Origin: Lachnospiraceae bacterium
Lineage (GTDB): Bacteria > Bacillota > Clostridia > Lachnospirales > Lachnospiraceae
Assembly: GCA_900751995.1 (NCBI GenBank)
Contig: CAADTP010000046.1
Location: forward strand, 7,290 to 71,289
Length of the DNA: 64,000 bases
Direction: 5' to 3'
Part shown: positions 29,129 through 39,100 of the stretch, in pieces
Position numbering within the stretch: position 1 is the stretch's first letter
Layout: each line of letters begins with the position of its first letter
Program-made: the position numbers and the translations under genes
Notes under the pieces: generated by a model
Databases searched by the model: none
Seen by the model: only the letters and a program-made list of their open reading frames with translations
What the model was told of the DNA's origin: nothing

Positions 29129-30085
29129 ATGAAAAAAACGATTTTGATCATCTGTGTGGCCGCTGCCTGCATCCTTTTTGGTCTGGTTGCTTTCATAGGT
29201 TTGTCGGGAAGAAATAAAAACGAAGAACAGCAGTATAGATTTTATTATATCAACAGCGATGAAACGAGACTGAAAGAAGAAAAATATACTCCGGAGAAGG
29301 AAACAACAGAAGTGATGCTGCGCAATTTTTCAGAGAGTCTGAATAACCGTGAGACCCGGGAAGACGGAATCTCACTTTTTCCGGATGGGGTAAAGATTTC
29401 TTCTTATTCTATACAGGATGGAGTCCTGAACGTAGAATTCAATGAGGCCTATGATAAAATGTCACGTACCAGGGAACTTCTGGTGCGGGCAGGTATAGTG
29501 AAGATCTTTTTACAGGTTCCAGGAGTAGATTCTGTGGAGATCTATGTGGGTAAAAAGCCGCTGACAGATACCAGAGGTGAAGAAGTGGGAGCCATGAACA
29601 ACGACACCTTTGTGGAGTTTTCCGGATCCGATGGGGATGTGTACAGCTATGACACCTTTACTTTGTATTTCACAAATAAAAACGGAGATAAACTGGTAGC
29701 GGAACAGAGAAGTGTCCGCTACAGACGAAATCTTCCGAAGGCTACGGTGGTTCTGGAGCAGCTTGCAAGAGGTCCGCTGGAAAAAGGACATTATCCTACA
29801 ATACCGGAGAATTCAGAGGTACTTTCGCTGACGAGAGCAAACGGAATCTGCTATGTGGATTATAATTCCGTATTTCAGGATTATGCGCTGGATGTTTCGG
29901 AACAGATTGCCGTGTATTCGGTGGTAAATACGCTGATCGCGGCAACAGATGTGGACAAAGTTGAGATTTCCATCGAAGGAAACAAGGAAGTGACCTTTGG
30001 CCAGAATATGCAGCTTTATAAGTTCTATGAATGGAACGACAGCCTGCTGGCACACACAAAGGCTAAAAAAGAACAGGAAAAATAA
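29129..30085 (+). CDS. GerMN (Germane) domain protein, exported
   Basis: N-terminal signal/TM; two repeats ending IVKIFLQVPGVDSVEIYV and SVVNTLIAATDVDKVEISIEG; TLYF...KLVAEQR. Confidence 0.8.
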   Translation: MKKTILIICVAAACILFGLVAFIGLSGRNKNEEQQYRFYYINSDETRLKEEKYTPEKETTEVMLRNFSESLNNRETREDGISLFPDGVKISSYSIQDGVLNVEFNEAYDKMSRTRELLVRAGIVKIFLQVPGVDSVEIYVGKKPLTDTRGEEVGAMNNDTFVEFSGSDGDVYSYDTFTLYFTNKNGDKLVAEQRSVRYRRNLPKATVVLEQLARGPLEKGHYPTIPENSEVLSLTRANGICYVDYNSVFQDYALDVSEQIAVYSVVNTLIAATDVDKVEISIEGNKEVTFGQNMQLYKFYEWNDSLLAHTKAKKEQEK

Positions 30086-30120
30086 AACATTTCAAAATAT
30101 CAGAAAACGGGAGAACATTT

Positions 30121-32400
30121 ATGGCGAAAAGGCCGATGTGTCTTTTGTGTTTTCTTATAGTGCTGAGTCTTGGCGCACTGGAGCTTATGGGGATTCCTCT
30201 GATCAGGGGGAATCCCCTTCCGTTAAATGTGCAGGAGCAGATCGAAGCGCACCCTGGTTCCATGATCTGCGGGGAGGTGGAACAGTATGAAAACACAGAA
30301 TTTTCCCAGTCTGTTTATCTGAAAAAAACATATCTTATCCATCAGTCAAAAAAATTTCCAATTGAAAATGTAAGAATATTTCTCAAAAAAGAAGAAGATC
30401 TGAAACCGGGAATGCGGATCCGGGTCAAGGGAACGCTGAAAAGAGTGGAAGGTCCTGCGAATCCGGGGGGCTTTGACAGCCAACACTTTTACGCCTGTCG
30501 TCATATTTATTATTTTATGAAGAACGCTGTGCTCCAAAAGAAAACAGCAGTGTATTCCGGCTACAGGCAGCTCCTTTTGGAGATAAAAGAAAGCTGCAGA
30601 CAGATCTTGAAGGAAGCAGCAGGAAAAGATGCACCTGTTTTTTGTGCCATGACGCTTGGAGACAAACAGGAACTGGATCCGGAAACACAGATGCGCTATC
30701 AGCTGGCCGGAATCATACATATCCTTGCCATCAGCGGACTTCATATCAGTATTCTGGGAATGGGGCTTTACAACCTTCTAAAGAAGATGGGACTGGGAAT
30801 CTGGCCTGCCGGGATTTTTTCTCTGGGAGTGATGCTGCAGTATGGGATCATGACCGGAGGGAGTGTTTCCACCATGCGGGCAGTAACTATGTTTTTGATC
30901 GCCATGGGAGCCAGGATCACCGGACGGATCTATGATATGATGAGTGCTCTTTCCGTAACTGCCATGATGATCCTTGTGGAATCTCCGGCCTATCTCCTGG
31001 ACAGTGGATTTCTTCTGTCCTTTGGCTGTGTTCTGGGAATGGGGCTCGCTGCGGAAAAGATCTGTGCCCTTGCAGGAGCGGAGAAAAAATGGACAAAGGC
31101 ACTGGTAAGTCCTATAGCTCTTCAGCTTGTGACTCTGCCGGTGATGCTGAAGTTTTTCGGAGAAGTCTCTATTGCCGGAGTTATCCTGAATCTGTTGGTG
31201 CTTCCAAGTGTGGGGGTAGTGCTGACTGGAGGAATGGCGGCGCTGCTTCTGGGAATTCTCAGTATTCCCGTGGCAAAACTGGTGCTCCTGCCGGCAAGGG
31301 TACTGCTGCTTTTTTATGAACATCTCTGCAGTCTGGCAGGAAGGTCAGGATGGAGTACCTGGATCGGAGGAGAGCCGGAAATATGGCAGATCCTGTTATA
31401 TTATGGCTTTTTGATCACAGTTCTGTTTATGGGGCAGTATATAAAAGAACAGCTCCGGAAGAAAAAAGCAGTCTGTGAGGAAACGGAGCTAGCAGAGGAG
31501 CGGGCGGAAGCAGGTTGTTGGAAGCTATATGCTATCCGGATAACAGCCGGTATTTTTCTGGCAGTCGGAATCCTGATACTGGGATATCATCCAGCAGGAA
31601 GTCTGAAGGTGATCTGCCTGGATGTAGGACAGGGGGACGGTATTCTTGTGGAGACCCCGGAGGATCATCATTTTCTGATTGACGGAGGAAGCAGCAGCCA
31701 GTCGGATCTTGGAAGATACTGCCTTTTGCCGGCATTGAAAAGTCAGGGGATTTCCTGGCTGGATGGGATTTTTATTTCCCATACAGATCAGGATCATATC
31801 AACGGTGTGAAGGAGCTTCTGGAATATATGGGAAAAGGTCTTACAACCATCCGGGCCGGATATCTGATCCTGCCTGCCTGGGCAGAAAGACCAGATGCAT
31901 GGAGGGAGCTTGCAGAGGCAGCAAAAACAGCCGGAGTTAAGGTCGTGACAGCAGGAAAAGGGGATGAATTGCCTTGCGGCAAAGTATCTTTTTCTGTTCT
32001 GTGGCCGGAGAAAAATGCCACAGGAAAAGATGTGAATGAGGAAGCTATGGTGATGGAGCTGTCTTTTGGAGATTTTCAGATGCTTTTTACCGGAGATATC
32101 GGTGCAGATACGGAGAAAAAGCTTCTGGCAGCCGGGGGGCTTGAGGATGTTGATTGTCTGAAGGTGGGACATCACGGTTCCCGTTATTCTACCACAGAAG
32201 CATTTCTTGAGAAAATAAAGCCGGAAGTGGCGATCATTTCCTGTTCTTCCACCAACACCTACGGACATCCGTCACCGGAAACCGTAGAGCGGCTTAAAGC
32301 GGCCGGAAGTCAGGTGGAATACACCATGAAAAACGGTGCTATTACCGTGGAAACAGATGGAAAGAAGCTTAAGATCGGAAGGTTCCGAAAAAACAGGTGA
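30121..32400 (+). CDS. comEC: DNA uptake channel ComEC/Rec2
   Basis: NPGGFD, HILAISGLHI, GFLLSF; metallo-beta-lactamase domain LDVGQGD, SHTDQDH, FTGD, KVGHHGS, YGHP. Confidence 0.95.
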   Translation: MAKRPMCLLCFLIVLSLGALELMGIPLIRGNPLPLNVQEQIEAHPGSMICGEVEQYENTEFSQSVYLKKTYLIHQSKKFPIENVRIFLKKEEDLKPGMRIRVKGTLKRVEGPANPGGFDSQHFYACRHIYYFMKNAVLQKKTAVYSGYRQLLLEIKESCRQILKEAAGKDAPVFCAMTLGDKQELDPETQMRYQLAGIIHILAISGLHISILGMGLYNLLKKMGLGIWPAGIFSLGVMLQYGIMTGGSVSTMRAVTMFLIAMGARITGRIYDMMSALSVTAMMILVESPAYLLDSGFLLSFGCVLGMGLAAEKICALAGAEKKWTKALVSPIALQLVTLPVMLKFFGEVSIAGVILNLLVLPSVGVVLTGGMAALLLGILSIPVAKLVLLPARVLLLFYEHLCSLAGRSGWSTWIGGEPEIWQILLYYGFLITVLFMGQYIKEQLRKKKAVCEETELAEERAEAGCWKLYAIRITAGIFLAVGILILGYHPAGSLKVICLDVGQGDGILVETPEDHHFLIDGGSSSQSDLGRYCLLPALKSQGISWLDGIFISHTDQDHINGVKELLEYMGKGLTTIRAGYLILPAWAERPDAWRELAEAAKTAGVKVVTAGKGDELPCGKVSFSVLWPEKNATGKDVNEEAMVMELSFGDFQMLFTGDIGADTEKKLLAAGGLEDVDCLKVGHHGSRYSTTEAFLEKIKPEVAIISCSSTNTYGHPSPETVERLKAAGSQVEYTMKNGAITVETDGKKLKIGRFRKNR

Positions 32401-32489
32401 CTTTTGAACACACTTGTTGTAGAATAGACAGGGTTTGTGCAAAAACAAAGCACTGAAAATGTGCAATACAAGATAAGGAGTTTTTATTT

Positions 32490-33869
32490 ATGAAATATGA
32501 TGTACTGATCGTAGGAGCAGGTCCCGGTGGAATCTTTGCGGCCTATGAACTGATGAATAATGATCCGGAGAAAAAGATCGCGGTTTTTGAAGCCGGTCAT
32601 CCTCTGGAAAAAAGAAAATGTCCCATCGACGGAAAGAAAGTAAAATCCTGTATTCACTGCAAAACCTGTGCGATCATGAAGGGATTTGGCGGTGCAGGCG
32701 CTTTCTCCGACGGAAAATACAATATCACCAATCAGTTTGGCGGAACTCTGTACCAGCATATCGGCAAGGATACAGCTACAGAGCTGATGGAATATGTAGA
32801 TAAACTGAACCTGATGCATGGCGGTGAGGGAACCAAACTTTATTCTACCACAAACAGCGAGATCCGTAAGCTCTGCCTTCAGAACGGCCTGCATCTTCTG
32901 GATGCATCAGTCCGCCATCTGGGAACAGATATCAACTATGTGGTACTTCAGAACCTCTATGAAAAAATGAAAGACCATGTGGACTTCTATTTTGACGCAT
33001 CTGTTGACAAAGTAGAAAAAACTGAAGACGGTTATGCAGTTTTTGTAGGAGATGAGCGTTACGAGGGAACTTACTGTATCATCTCCGCAGGACGAAGCGG
33101 AAGTAAATGGATGGAGACGGTATGTACAGAGCTTAAGATCCCGACTCTTTCCAACCGTGTGGACATCGGAGTCCGTGTGGAGCTTCCGGCAGAGGTTTTC
33201 AGCCGTCTGACAGATGAGCTTTATGAGAGCAAGATTGTTTACAGAACTGAGAAGTTTGAGGATATGGTCCGTACCTTCTGCATGAACCCGCGAGGTGTTG
33301 TCGTGAATGAAAATACCAACGGTATCATCACAGTAAACGGTCACAGCTACGAAGATCCGGCAAAGCATACCAACAATACAAACTTTGCCCTTCTGGTATC
33401 CAAGCATTTCTCAGAGCCGTTCCATGACAGCAACGGATACGGTGAGAGCATTGCAAGACTTTCCAATATGCTTGGCGGTGGTGTTATGGTACAGCGGTTT
33501 GGAGATCTGATCCGCGGAAGACGAAGCACAAAAGCCCGTATTGAGGAAAGTTTCGTAACACCTACACTTTCTGCGACACCGGGAGATTTAAGTCTTGTTA
33601 TGCCGAAACGTATCCTGGATGGCATCATCGAGATGATCTATGCTCTGGATAAGATCGCACCGGGAACCGCGGATGACGATACTTTGCTTTATGGCGTGGA
33701 GGTTAAATTCTACAACATGGAGGTTGAGATCGACGAAAATCTGGAAACCTGCCACAAGGGTCTCTTTGTTATCGGAGACTGCAGCGGCGTGACCCATTCT
33801 CTGTCCCATGCATCTGCCAGCGGAGTCTACGTAGCCAGATACCTGGAGCAGGAGTATTTTAACAGATAA
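32490..33869 (+). CDS. Uncharacterized FAD-dependent oxidoreductase
   Basis: IVGAGPGG, GFGGAGAFSDGK, AGRSG, DIGVRVE, RTFCMNP, GVEVKFY, IGDCSG. Confidence 0.85.
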   Translation: MKYDVLIVGAGPGGIFAAYELMNNDPEKKIAVFEAGHPLEKRKCPIDGKKVKSCIHCKTCAIMKGFGGAGAFSDGKYNITNQFGGTLYQHIGKDTATELMEYVDKLNLMHGGEGTKLYSTTNSEIRKLCLQNGLHLLDASVRHLGTDINYVVLQNLYEKMKDHVDFYFDASVDKVEKTEDGYAVFVGDERYEGTYCIISAGRSGSKWMETVCTELKIPTLSNRVDIGVRVELPAEVFSRLTDELYESKIVYRTEKFEDMVRTFCMNPRGVVVNENTNGIITVNGHSYEDPAKHTNNTNFALLVSKHFSEPFHDSNGYGESIARLSNMLGGGVMVQRFGDLIRGRRSTKARIEESFVTPTLSATPGDLSLVMPKRILDGIIEMIYALDKIAPGTADDDTLLYGVEVKFYNMEVEIDENLETCHKGLFVIGDCSGVTHSLSHASASGVYVARYLEQEYFNR

Positions 33870-33924
33870 ACTGCAAAGCAGTTTATCTGTTATGAGCAAG
33901 TAGCGAAGCGGATTGCGAATATCC
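33859..33924 (+). repeat. Dispersed ~67-bp double-hairpin repeat, copy 2; contains the stop codon of the FAD gene
   Basis: TTAACAGATAAACTGCAAAGCAGTTTATCTGTTATGAGCAAGTAGCGAAGCGGATTGCGAATATCC; 15-bp perfect stem; aligns with 13574-13641. Confidence 0.7.
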
Positions 33925-34197
33925 AGTGTAAGACAGTCCTTTTCTGATATCAGGGTGATGACAGAAAGGGGCTGTTTTTTATGCAGGATGTGCATGAATA
34001 TTGGAGAAAGTATTCTGATAATAACTGACAGATACAGGGAGAAAACCGGTTACTGTTCACTGGTAATATTTCGCGAGGTGTTTTTGGTGAGCGAAGATCA
34101 CAGAAAACCGTGAATCGTCTGACATCAATCTTGACAAATTTATGAGTTTGTGGTAAAAGTTAGATAACCAGGTAAAAGAAAATATGTGCAAATGTTA

Positions 34198-34352
34198 TAA
34201 TGATAAGGTTGCATCCAGTCGGATGTGCAAAAGAGAATCCGGTGAGAATCCGGAACGATACCGTCACTGTGAAAGGGGAGTTGCTTTTATAACCACTGGG
34301 AGACCGGGAAGGGAAAGCAGCGTGGAACCAAGTCAGGAGAACTGCCTTATTG
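34198..34352 (+). ncRNA. Cobalamin riboswitch
   Basis: AAGGTT...AAAAGAGAATCCGGTGAGAATCCGGAACGATACCGTCACTGTGA...CCACTGGGAGACCGGGAAGG...AAGTCAGGAGAACTGCC (B12 box). Promoter TTGACA at 34131; terminator hairpin 34449-34479; precedes cbiK. Confidence 0.93.
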
Positions 34353-34525
34353 TGAGATTCAGGGATTCGCGGTTTACGAATCGGTATTCTCCATAACAAT
34401 ACAGAACTTCTTTTTATGTATTTGTATTGCGCAGAGAATCATGTGTGAGCAGGCGGCCGCAGAGAGCTGCTGCTTTTTTGTACATATCAGTATTCTGGAA
34501 ATACATGAAAAGAGGACAATGAGAA

Positions 34526-35818
34526 ATGAAAAGAAAAACAATGTTAGCTCTGATGCTCGCAGTTTCCATGACATGCTCTATGGGTGCGGCTACAACAGCA
34601 ATGGCAGCAGAGGATTCTGCTACAGAAGAGAACGCTGAGGCAGCTGATACCACAGAGGCTTCTGATGCAGATCAGGAAGCAGCAGATAATGTAGCAGCTC
34701 TGATCGACAAGATCTATGTACAGGAAAGAAACGACACAACAGATGAGGACTGCAAGGCAGCCAAAGAAGCATGGGATGCTCTGACAGATGCTCAGAAAGA
34801 ACTGGTAGAGGGTGAGAATGCAGATCCGGATTATTTCGGACGTGACACAGGAGATGCTTCCAAGGACGATCCGCGTAACCAGGATGAGATCGGTGAGAAT
34901 GAACTTCTTGTTGTAAGCTTTGGTACTTCCTTCAATGACAGCCGTGCAGAGGATGTCAAGGGAATCGAGGATGCTCTTGCAGAAGCTTATCCGGACTGGT
35001 CTGTAAGAAGAGCATTTACAGCACAGATCATCATCAACCATGTAGAGGCAAGAGATGATGAAGTGATCGATAACATGCAGCAGGCTCTTGACCGTGCAGT
35101 AGAGAATGGTGTTAAGAATCTGGTTGTACAGCCTACTCATCTGATGCATGGTGCTGAGTACGATGAGATGACAGAAGCGATCAATGGCTATAAAGATAAA
35201 TTCGAGTCTGTAGCTATCGCAGAGCCAATGCTCGGTGAGGTTGGAGACGATGCAACTGTGATCAATGATGACAAGAAAGCCGTTGCTCAGGCGATCACAG
35301 ATACGGCTTGCAAAGAGGCCGGATTTGACAGCATGGATGCAGCAGCTGAGGCTGGCACAGCATTCGTATTCATGGGACATGGAACATCTCATACAGCTAA
35401 CGTTACATACGATCAGATGCAGACACAGATGGAAAACCTTGGATTGAAGAACGCATTCATCGGTACTGTAGAGGGTAAGCCGGAAGATACAGCCTGCGAC
35501 AAGGTTATCGAGAAGGTAAAAGAAGCAGGATACAAGAACGTTGTTCTTCGTCCGCTGATGGTTGTTGCCGGAGACCATGCAAATAACGATATGGCCGGTG
35601 ATGAGGAGGATTCCTGGAAGAGCCAGTTTGTAGCATCCGGAAACTTCGATAAGGTTGACTGCCAGATCGAGGGTCTTGGAAGAATCGAAGCAGTTGAGAA
35701 GCTTTATGTAGAGCATACAAAGGCAGCCATCGATTCTCTGGGAAGCACTGAGGAGTCCGCAGATTCTGATGCAGCAGCAGATACAGAGGCTGATTCTGCT
35801 GAGGAGTCCGCAGAATAA
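34526..35818 (+). CDS. cbiK: Sirohydrochlorin cobaltochelatase (CbiK) with signal peptide and N-terminal helical extension
   Basis: LVVSFGTS, RRAFT, PTHLMHGAEY, FMGHGT, PLMVVAGDHANNDMAG, GLG; MKRK-hydrophobic-AMA signal peptide. Confidence 0.9.
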   Translation: MKRKTMLALMLAVSMTCSMGAATTAMAAEDSATEENAEAADTTEASDADQEAADNVAALIDKIYVQERNDTTDEDCKAAKEAWDALTDAQKELVEGENADPDYFGRDTGDASKDDPRNQDEIGENELLVVSFGTSFNDSRAEDVKGIEDALAEAYPDWSVRRAFTAQIIINHVEARDDEVIDNMQQALDRAVENGVKNLVVQPTHLMHGAEYDEMTEAINGYKDKFESVAIAEPMLGEVGDDATVINDDKKAVAQAITDTACKEAGFDSMDAAAEAGTAFVFMGHGTSHTANVTYDQMQTQMENLGLKNAFIGTVEGKPEDTACDKVIEKVKEAGYKNVVLRPLMVVAGDHANNDMAGDEEDSWKSQFVASGNFDKVDCQIEGLGRIEAVEKLYVEHTKAAIDSLGSTEESADSDAAADTEADSAEESAE

Positions 35819-35939
35819 TAAATATAAAAATATCTGAGTGAGTTCAGATACCTATAAGAAATCAATGTAACTGCCCGGAAAGATCAGGAAGACTGTTTTC
35901 CGGGCAGATTGCTGTATCTATGGAAGGGAGAAGATTATC

Positions 35940-36839
35940 ATGAAAAAACGCTATGTAAACTTAATTCTTGCAATGGCAAGTGCATCAGTCCTGGTGCTGG
36001 GCTCTGTGCCTGCGATGGCAAAAACAGATGAAACAAAAACAGAGTCCGGTGAGGAAGCAGAAGCTTCCGAAGAAAAGGATACAGATGCAGCCAAAGCAGA
36101 TACCCTGGAAGATGGCGTTTATACAGCAGAGTTTGGTACAGACAGCAGCATGTTTCATGTAAATGAGGCCAATGACAAAAAAGGAGAGCTCACGGTCAAA
36201 GATGGTAAAATGACCATCCACGTAAGTCTGGTTTCCAAGAAGATCGTTAACCTGTTTGCGGGAACTGCCGAGGATGCCCAGAAGGACGGAGCAGAGATCA
36301 TTGAGCCGACCACAGATACAGTGAAGTACAGCGATGGTTATACAGAGGAGGTTTACGGATTTGATATCCCGGTACCGGCCATTGGTGAGGAATTTAACGT
36401 GGCGATCCTGGGAGAAAAAGGCAAATGGTACGACCATAAAGTCAGCGTAAAGAATCCTGTAAAAACCTCTGACGACAAAAAATCCGAAGGGAAAAAACCG
36501 GAAGAGCTGAAGCTGGAGGACGGAACCTATGAGACGGATGTAACCCTTACAGGCGGAACAGGAAGAGCATCTGTAGAATCTCCGGCTAAAGTAGAGATCA
36601 AGGACAAAGAAGCTACGGCAACCATCATCTGGAGCAGTCCGAATTATGATTACATGATCGTGGACGGCGAAAAATATGAGCCGGTGAACAAAGACGGAAA
36701 CTCCACATTTGAGATCCCGGTCACAGTCTTTGACGCAGAAATGGAAGTGACTGCAGATACTGTAGCCATGAGTACTCCTCACGAGATTGAGTATACCCTG
36801 AATTTTGATTCTTCGAGCATGAAAAAGGAAGAAAAATGA
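35940..36839 (+). CDS. Exported two-domain protein, putative metal/tetrapyrrole-capture (NEAT-like) component
   Basis: Signal peptide (PAMA); two related beta-rich domains each beginning LEDG.Y; inside the B12-regulated ABC operon. Function inferred from context. Confidence 0.6.
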   Translation: MKKRYVNLILAMASASVLVLGSVPAMAKTDETKTESGEEAEASEEKDTDAAKADTLEDGVYTAEFGTDSSMFHVNEANDKKGELTVKDGKMTIHVSLVSKKIVNLFAGTAEDAQKDGAEIIEPTTDTVKYSDGYTEEVYGFDIPVPAIGEEFNVAILGEKGKWYDHKVSVKNPVKTSDDKKSEGKKPEELKLEDGTYETDVTLTGGTGRASVESPAKVEIKDKEATATIIWSSPNYDYMIVDGEKYEPVNKDGNSTFEIPVTVFDAEMEVTADTVAMSTPHEIEYTLNFDSSSMKKEEK

Positions 36840-37981
36840 AAAAAATAATTTCATACATATTTCTGACGCTGACCCTGATCCTGGGGTGTGCTTTTGCAGT
36901 GCAGGCAGCAGAGACAGAACATAAGCCTGCGGATATTCCAGGCCTTACCTTTGACCACAGTATGGATCTTTCCTACGCAAAGGAATTTAATGTGGATTAC
37001 TACAACGATGGCTATGCGCTGCTCACCATTGATCAGGAAGGACAGTTTCTTGTAGTTCCCGAAGGCAAGAAAGCACCGGAGGGGCTGGATCCTGACATTG
37101 CGGTTCTGCAGCAGCCCATAAACAATATCTATCTGGTAGCAACCTCGGCCATGGATCTTTTCCGCGCTATCGACGGGATTGACAGCATCAAGCTTTCCGG
37201 AACCAAGGAAGACGGATGGTATATCCAGGAAGCAAAGGACGCCATGGAACAGAAAAAGATGATCTATGCCGGCAAGTACAATGCTCCGGATTACGAGCTG
37301 ATCCTGAACGAGGGCTGTGACCTTGCCATTGAATCCACCATGATCCATCACAATCCGGAGGTACAGGAGAAGCTGGAGCAGTTCGGGATCCCTGTAATGG
37401 TAGAGCGTTCCAGCTATGAGAGTCATCCTCTTGGAAGGACCGAGTGGATGAAGCTTTACGCAGTTCTTCTGGGAAAAGAAGATGTAGCAGAAAAGGTTTT
37501 CAAAGAGCAGACGGACAAGCTGGATAAGGTTCTCACAGCAGATAAAACAGATAAGACCGTGGCGTTCTTTTATATCAACTCCGTAGGTGCGGTAAATATA
37601 AGAAAAAGTGGCGACTATGTTTCAGAAATGATCTCTCTCGCAGGAGGAAATTATGTTCCGGAGGATACGGGAGTAAATGACAATGCTCTTTCCACCATGA
37701 ATATGCAGATGGAAGAGTTTTATGCCAAGGCGAAGGATGCAGACTATATCATCTATAACAGTACGATTGACGGGGAACTTAAGACCATTGATGAGCTTCT
37801 TTCCAAAAGTAAGCTTCTTGCAGATTTCAAGGCAGTGAAGAACGGAAATGTCTGGTGCACAGGCAAAAATCTCTTCCAGGAAACTACCGGACTTGGAACC
37901 ATGATCGAGGATATCCACACCATGCTGACTACAGATGATGATTCTCTGGATGATCTGACCTATATGCATAAACTGAAATAA
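36836..37981 (+). CDS. ABC transporter substrate-binding protein (Fe-siderophore/cobalamin class)
   Basis: Signal peptide; YAKEF, APDYELIL, ESHPLGRTEWMKLY, IISLAGG-like segment, KAVKNGNVW. Confidence 0.88.
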   Translation: MKKIISYIFLTLTLILGCAFAVQAAETEHKPADIPGLTFDHSMDLSYAKEFNVDYYNDGYALLTIDQEGQFLVVPEGKKAPEGLDPDIAVLQQPINNIYLVATSAMDLFRAIDGIDSIKLSGTKEDGWYIQEAKDAMEQKKMIYAGKYNAPDYELILNEGCDLAIESTMIHHNPEVQEKLEQFGIPVMVERSSYESHPLGRTEWMKLYAVLLGKEDVAEKVFKEQTDKLDKVLTADKTDKTVAFFYINSVGAVNIRKSGDYVSEMISLAGGNYVPEDTGVNDNALSTMNMQMEEFYAKAKDADYIIYNSTIDGELKTIDELLSKSKLLADFKAVKNGNVWCTGKNLFQETTGLGTMIEDIHTMLTTDDDSLDDLTYMHKLK

Positions 37982-38077
37982 ATTCCAGTGTTCTTTTTAA
38001 CTCCTTTGCCGGTTTCCACCTGTGAGCAGGAAACGAAAGGACAGGATAACAAAACAGAAGAGGAGTGTACCAGAAAA

Positions 38078-39097
38078 ATGAATGACAGAAAACGCGCAGT
38101 CCGATACGGGATCTCTTTTGTGATCCTTGCGGTACTTTTAATCTTTTTATTTATATGGAATGTAAATTCCGGAAGTATCCACCTCTCTGTGAAGGAGATC
38201 CTGAATATCATATTCCGGCATCAGGGAGATGAAACTTCTTATAATATCGTCTGGGAGATCCGTCTTCCCAGGATACTGGCAGTTATCATCCTTGGCGGAG
38301 CACTTTCTGTTTCCGGATTTTTGCTGCAGACCTTTTTTAACAACCCTATCGCGGGACCCTTTGTATTGGGAATCTCTTCCGGTGCCAAGCTGATCGTGGC
38401 GCTTCTGATGATCTTTTTTTTAAGCAGATCGGTGTCCATCGGTTCCGGTGCCATGATCCTGGCTGCTTTTGCAGGCTCAATGATCTCCATGGGCTTTGTG
38501 CTCCTTGTGGCAAAAAAAGTCCACAACATGTCCATGCTGGTCATCAGTGGTGTTATGATCGGCTATATCTGTTCGGCCATCACAGACTTTGTGGTGACCT
38601 TTGCAGATGATTCCAACATAGTCAATCTTCACAATTGGTCACTGGGTAGCTTTTCCGGTATGACCTGGGGGAATGTGCAGACTATGGCTGCTGTGGTACT
38701 TCTTACCATGGTGATCGTATTTTTTATGTCAAAACCGATCAGCGCCTATCAGCTGGGGGAGACTTACGCGCAGAATATGGGAGTTAATATCAAGGCTTTC
38801 CGGATACTTCTGATCCTGCTTTCCAGTATTCTTTCTGCCTGTGTGACTGCTTTTGCAGGGCCGATCTCCTTCGTGGGGATCGCTGTGCCTCATATTGCAA
38901 AAAGTCTCCTGAAGACTGCCAAACCGCTGCTTGTGATCCCGGCCTGTTTTCTGGGCGGTGCAGTGTTCTGCCTGTTCTGTGACCTGATCGCAAGAACTGT
39001 ATTTGCACCGACGGAGCTGAGCATCAGTTCTGTGACAGCAGTTTTCGGAGCACCGGTAGTTATCTATATCATGATTCGCAGACAGCAGAGGATATAA
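38078..39097 (+). CDS. FecCD/BtuC-family ABC permease
   Basis: IRLPR, LQTFFNNPIAGPFVLGISSGA, WSLGSF, LGETYAQNMGVN, GPISFVGIAVPH. Start moved to ATG 38078 (GAGGAG RBS). Confidence 0.93.
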   Translation: MNDRKRAVRYGISFVILAVLLIFLFIWNVNSGSIHLSVKEILNIIFRHQGDETSYNIVWEIRLPRILAVIILGGALSVSGFLLQTFFNNPIAGPFVLGISSGAKLIVALLMIFFLSRSVSIGSGAMILAAFAGSMISMGFVLLVAKKVHNMSMLVISGVMIGYICSAITDFVVTFADDSNIVNLHNWSLGSFSGMTWGNVQTMAAVVLLTMVIVFFMSKPISAYQLGETYAQNMGVNIKAFRILLILLSSILSACVTAFAGPISFVGIAVPHIAKSLLKTAKPLLVIPACFLGGAVFCLFCDLIARTVFAPTELSISSVTAVFGAPVVIYIMIRRQQRI

Positions 39098-39100
39098 ACG

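Noticed and set aside
34445..34480. NiCo riboswitch suggested by GAGCAGGC
   Set aside because: It is the 5' arm of the terminator in the cobalamin riboswitch expression platform; no other NiCo elements follow.
34544..35716. 390-aa antisense ORF
   Set aside because: Shadow of cbiK; Cys/Ile/Leu-rich composition typical of the reverse frame of an acidic protein.
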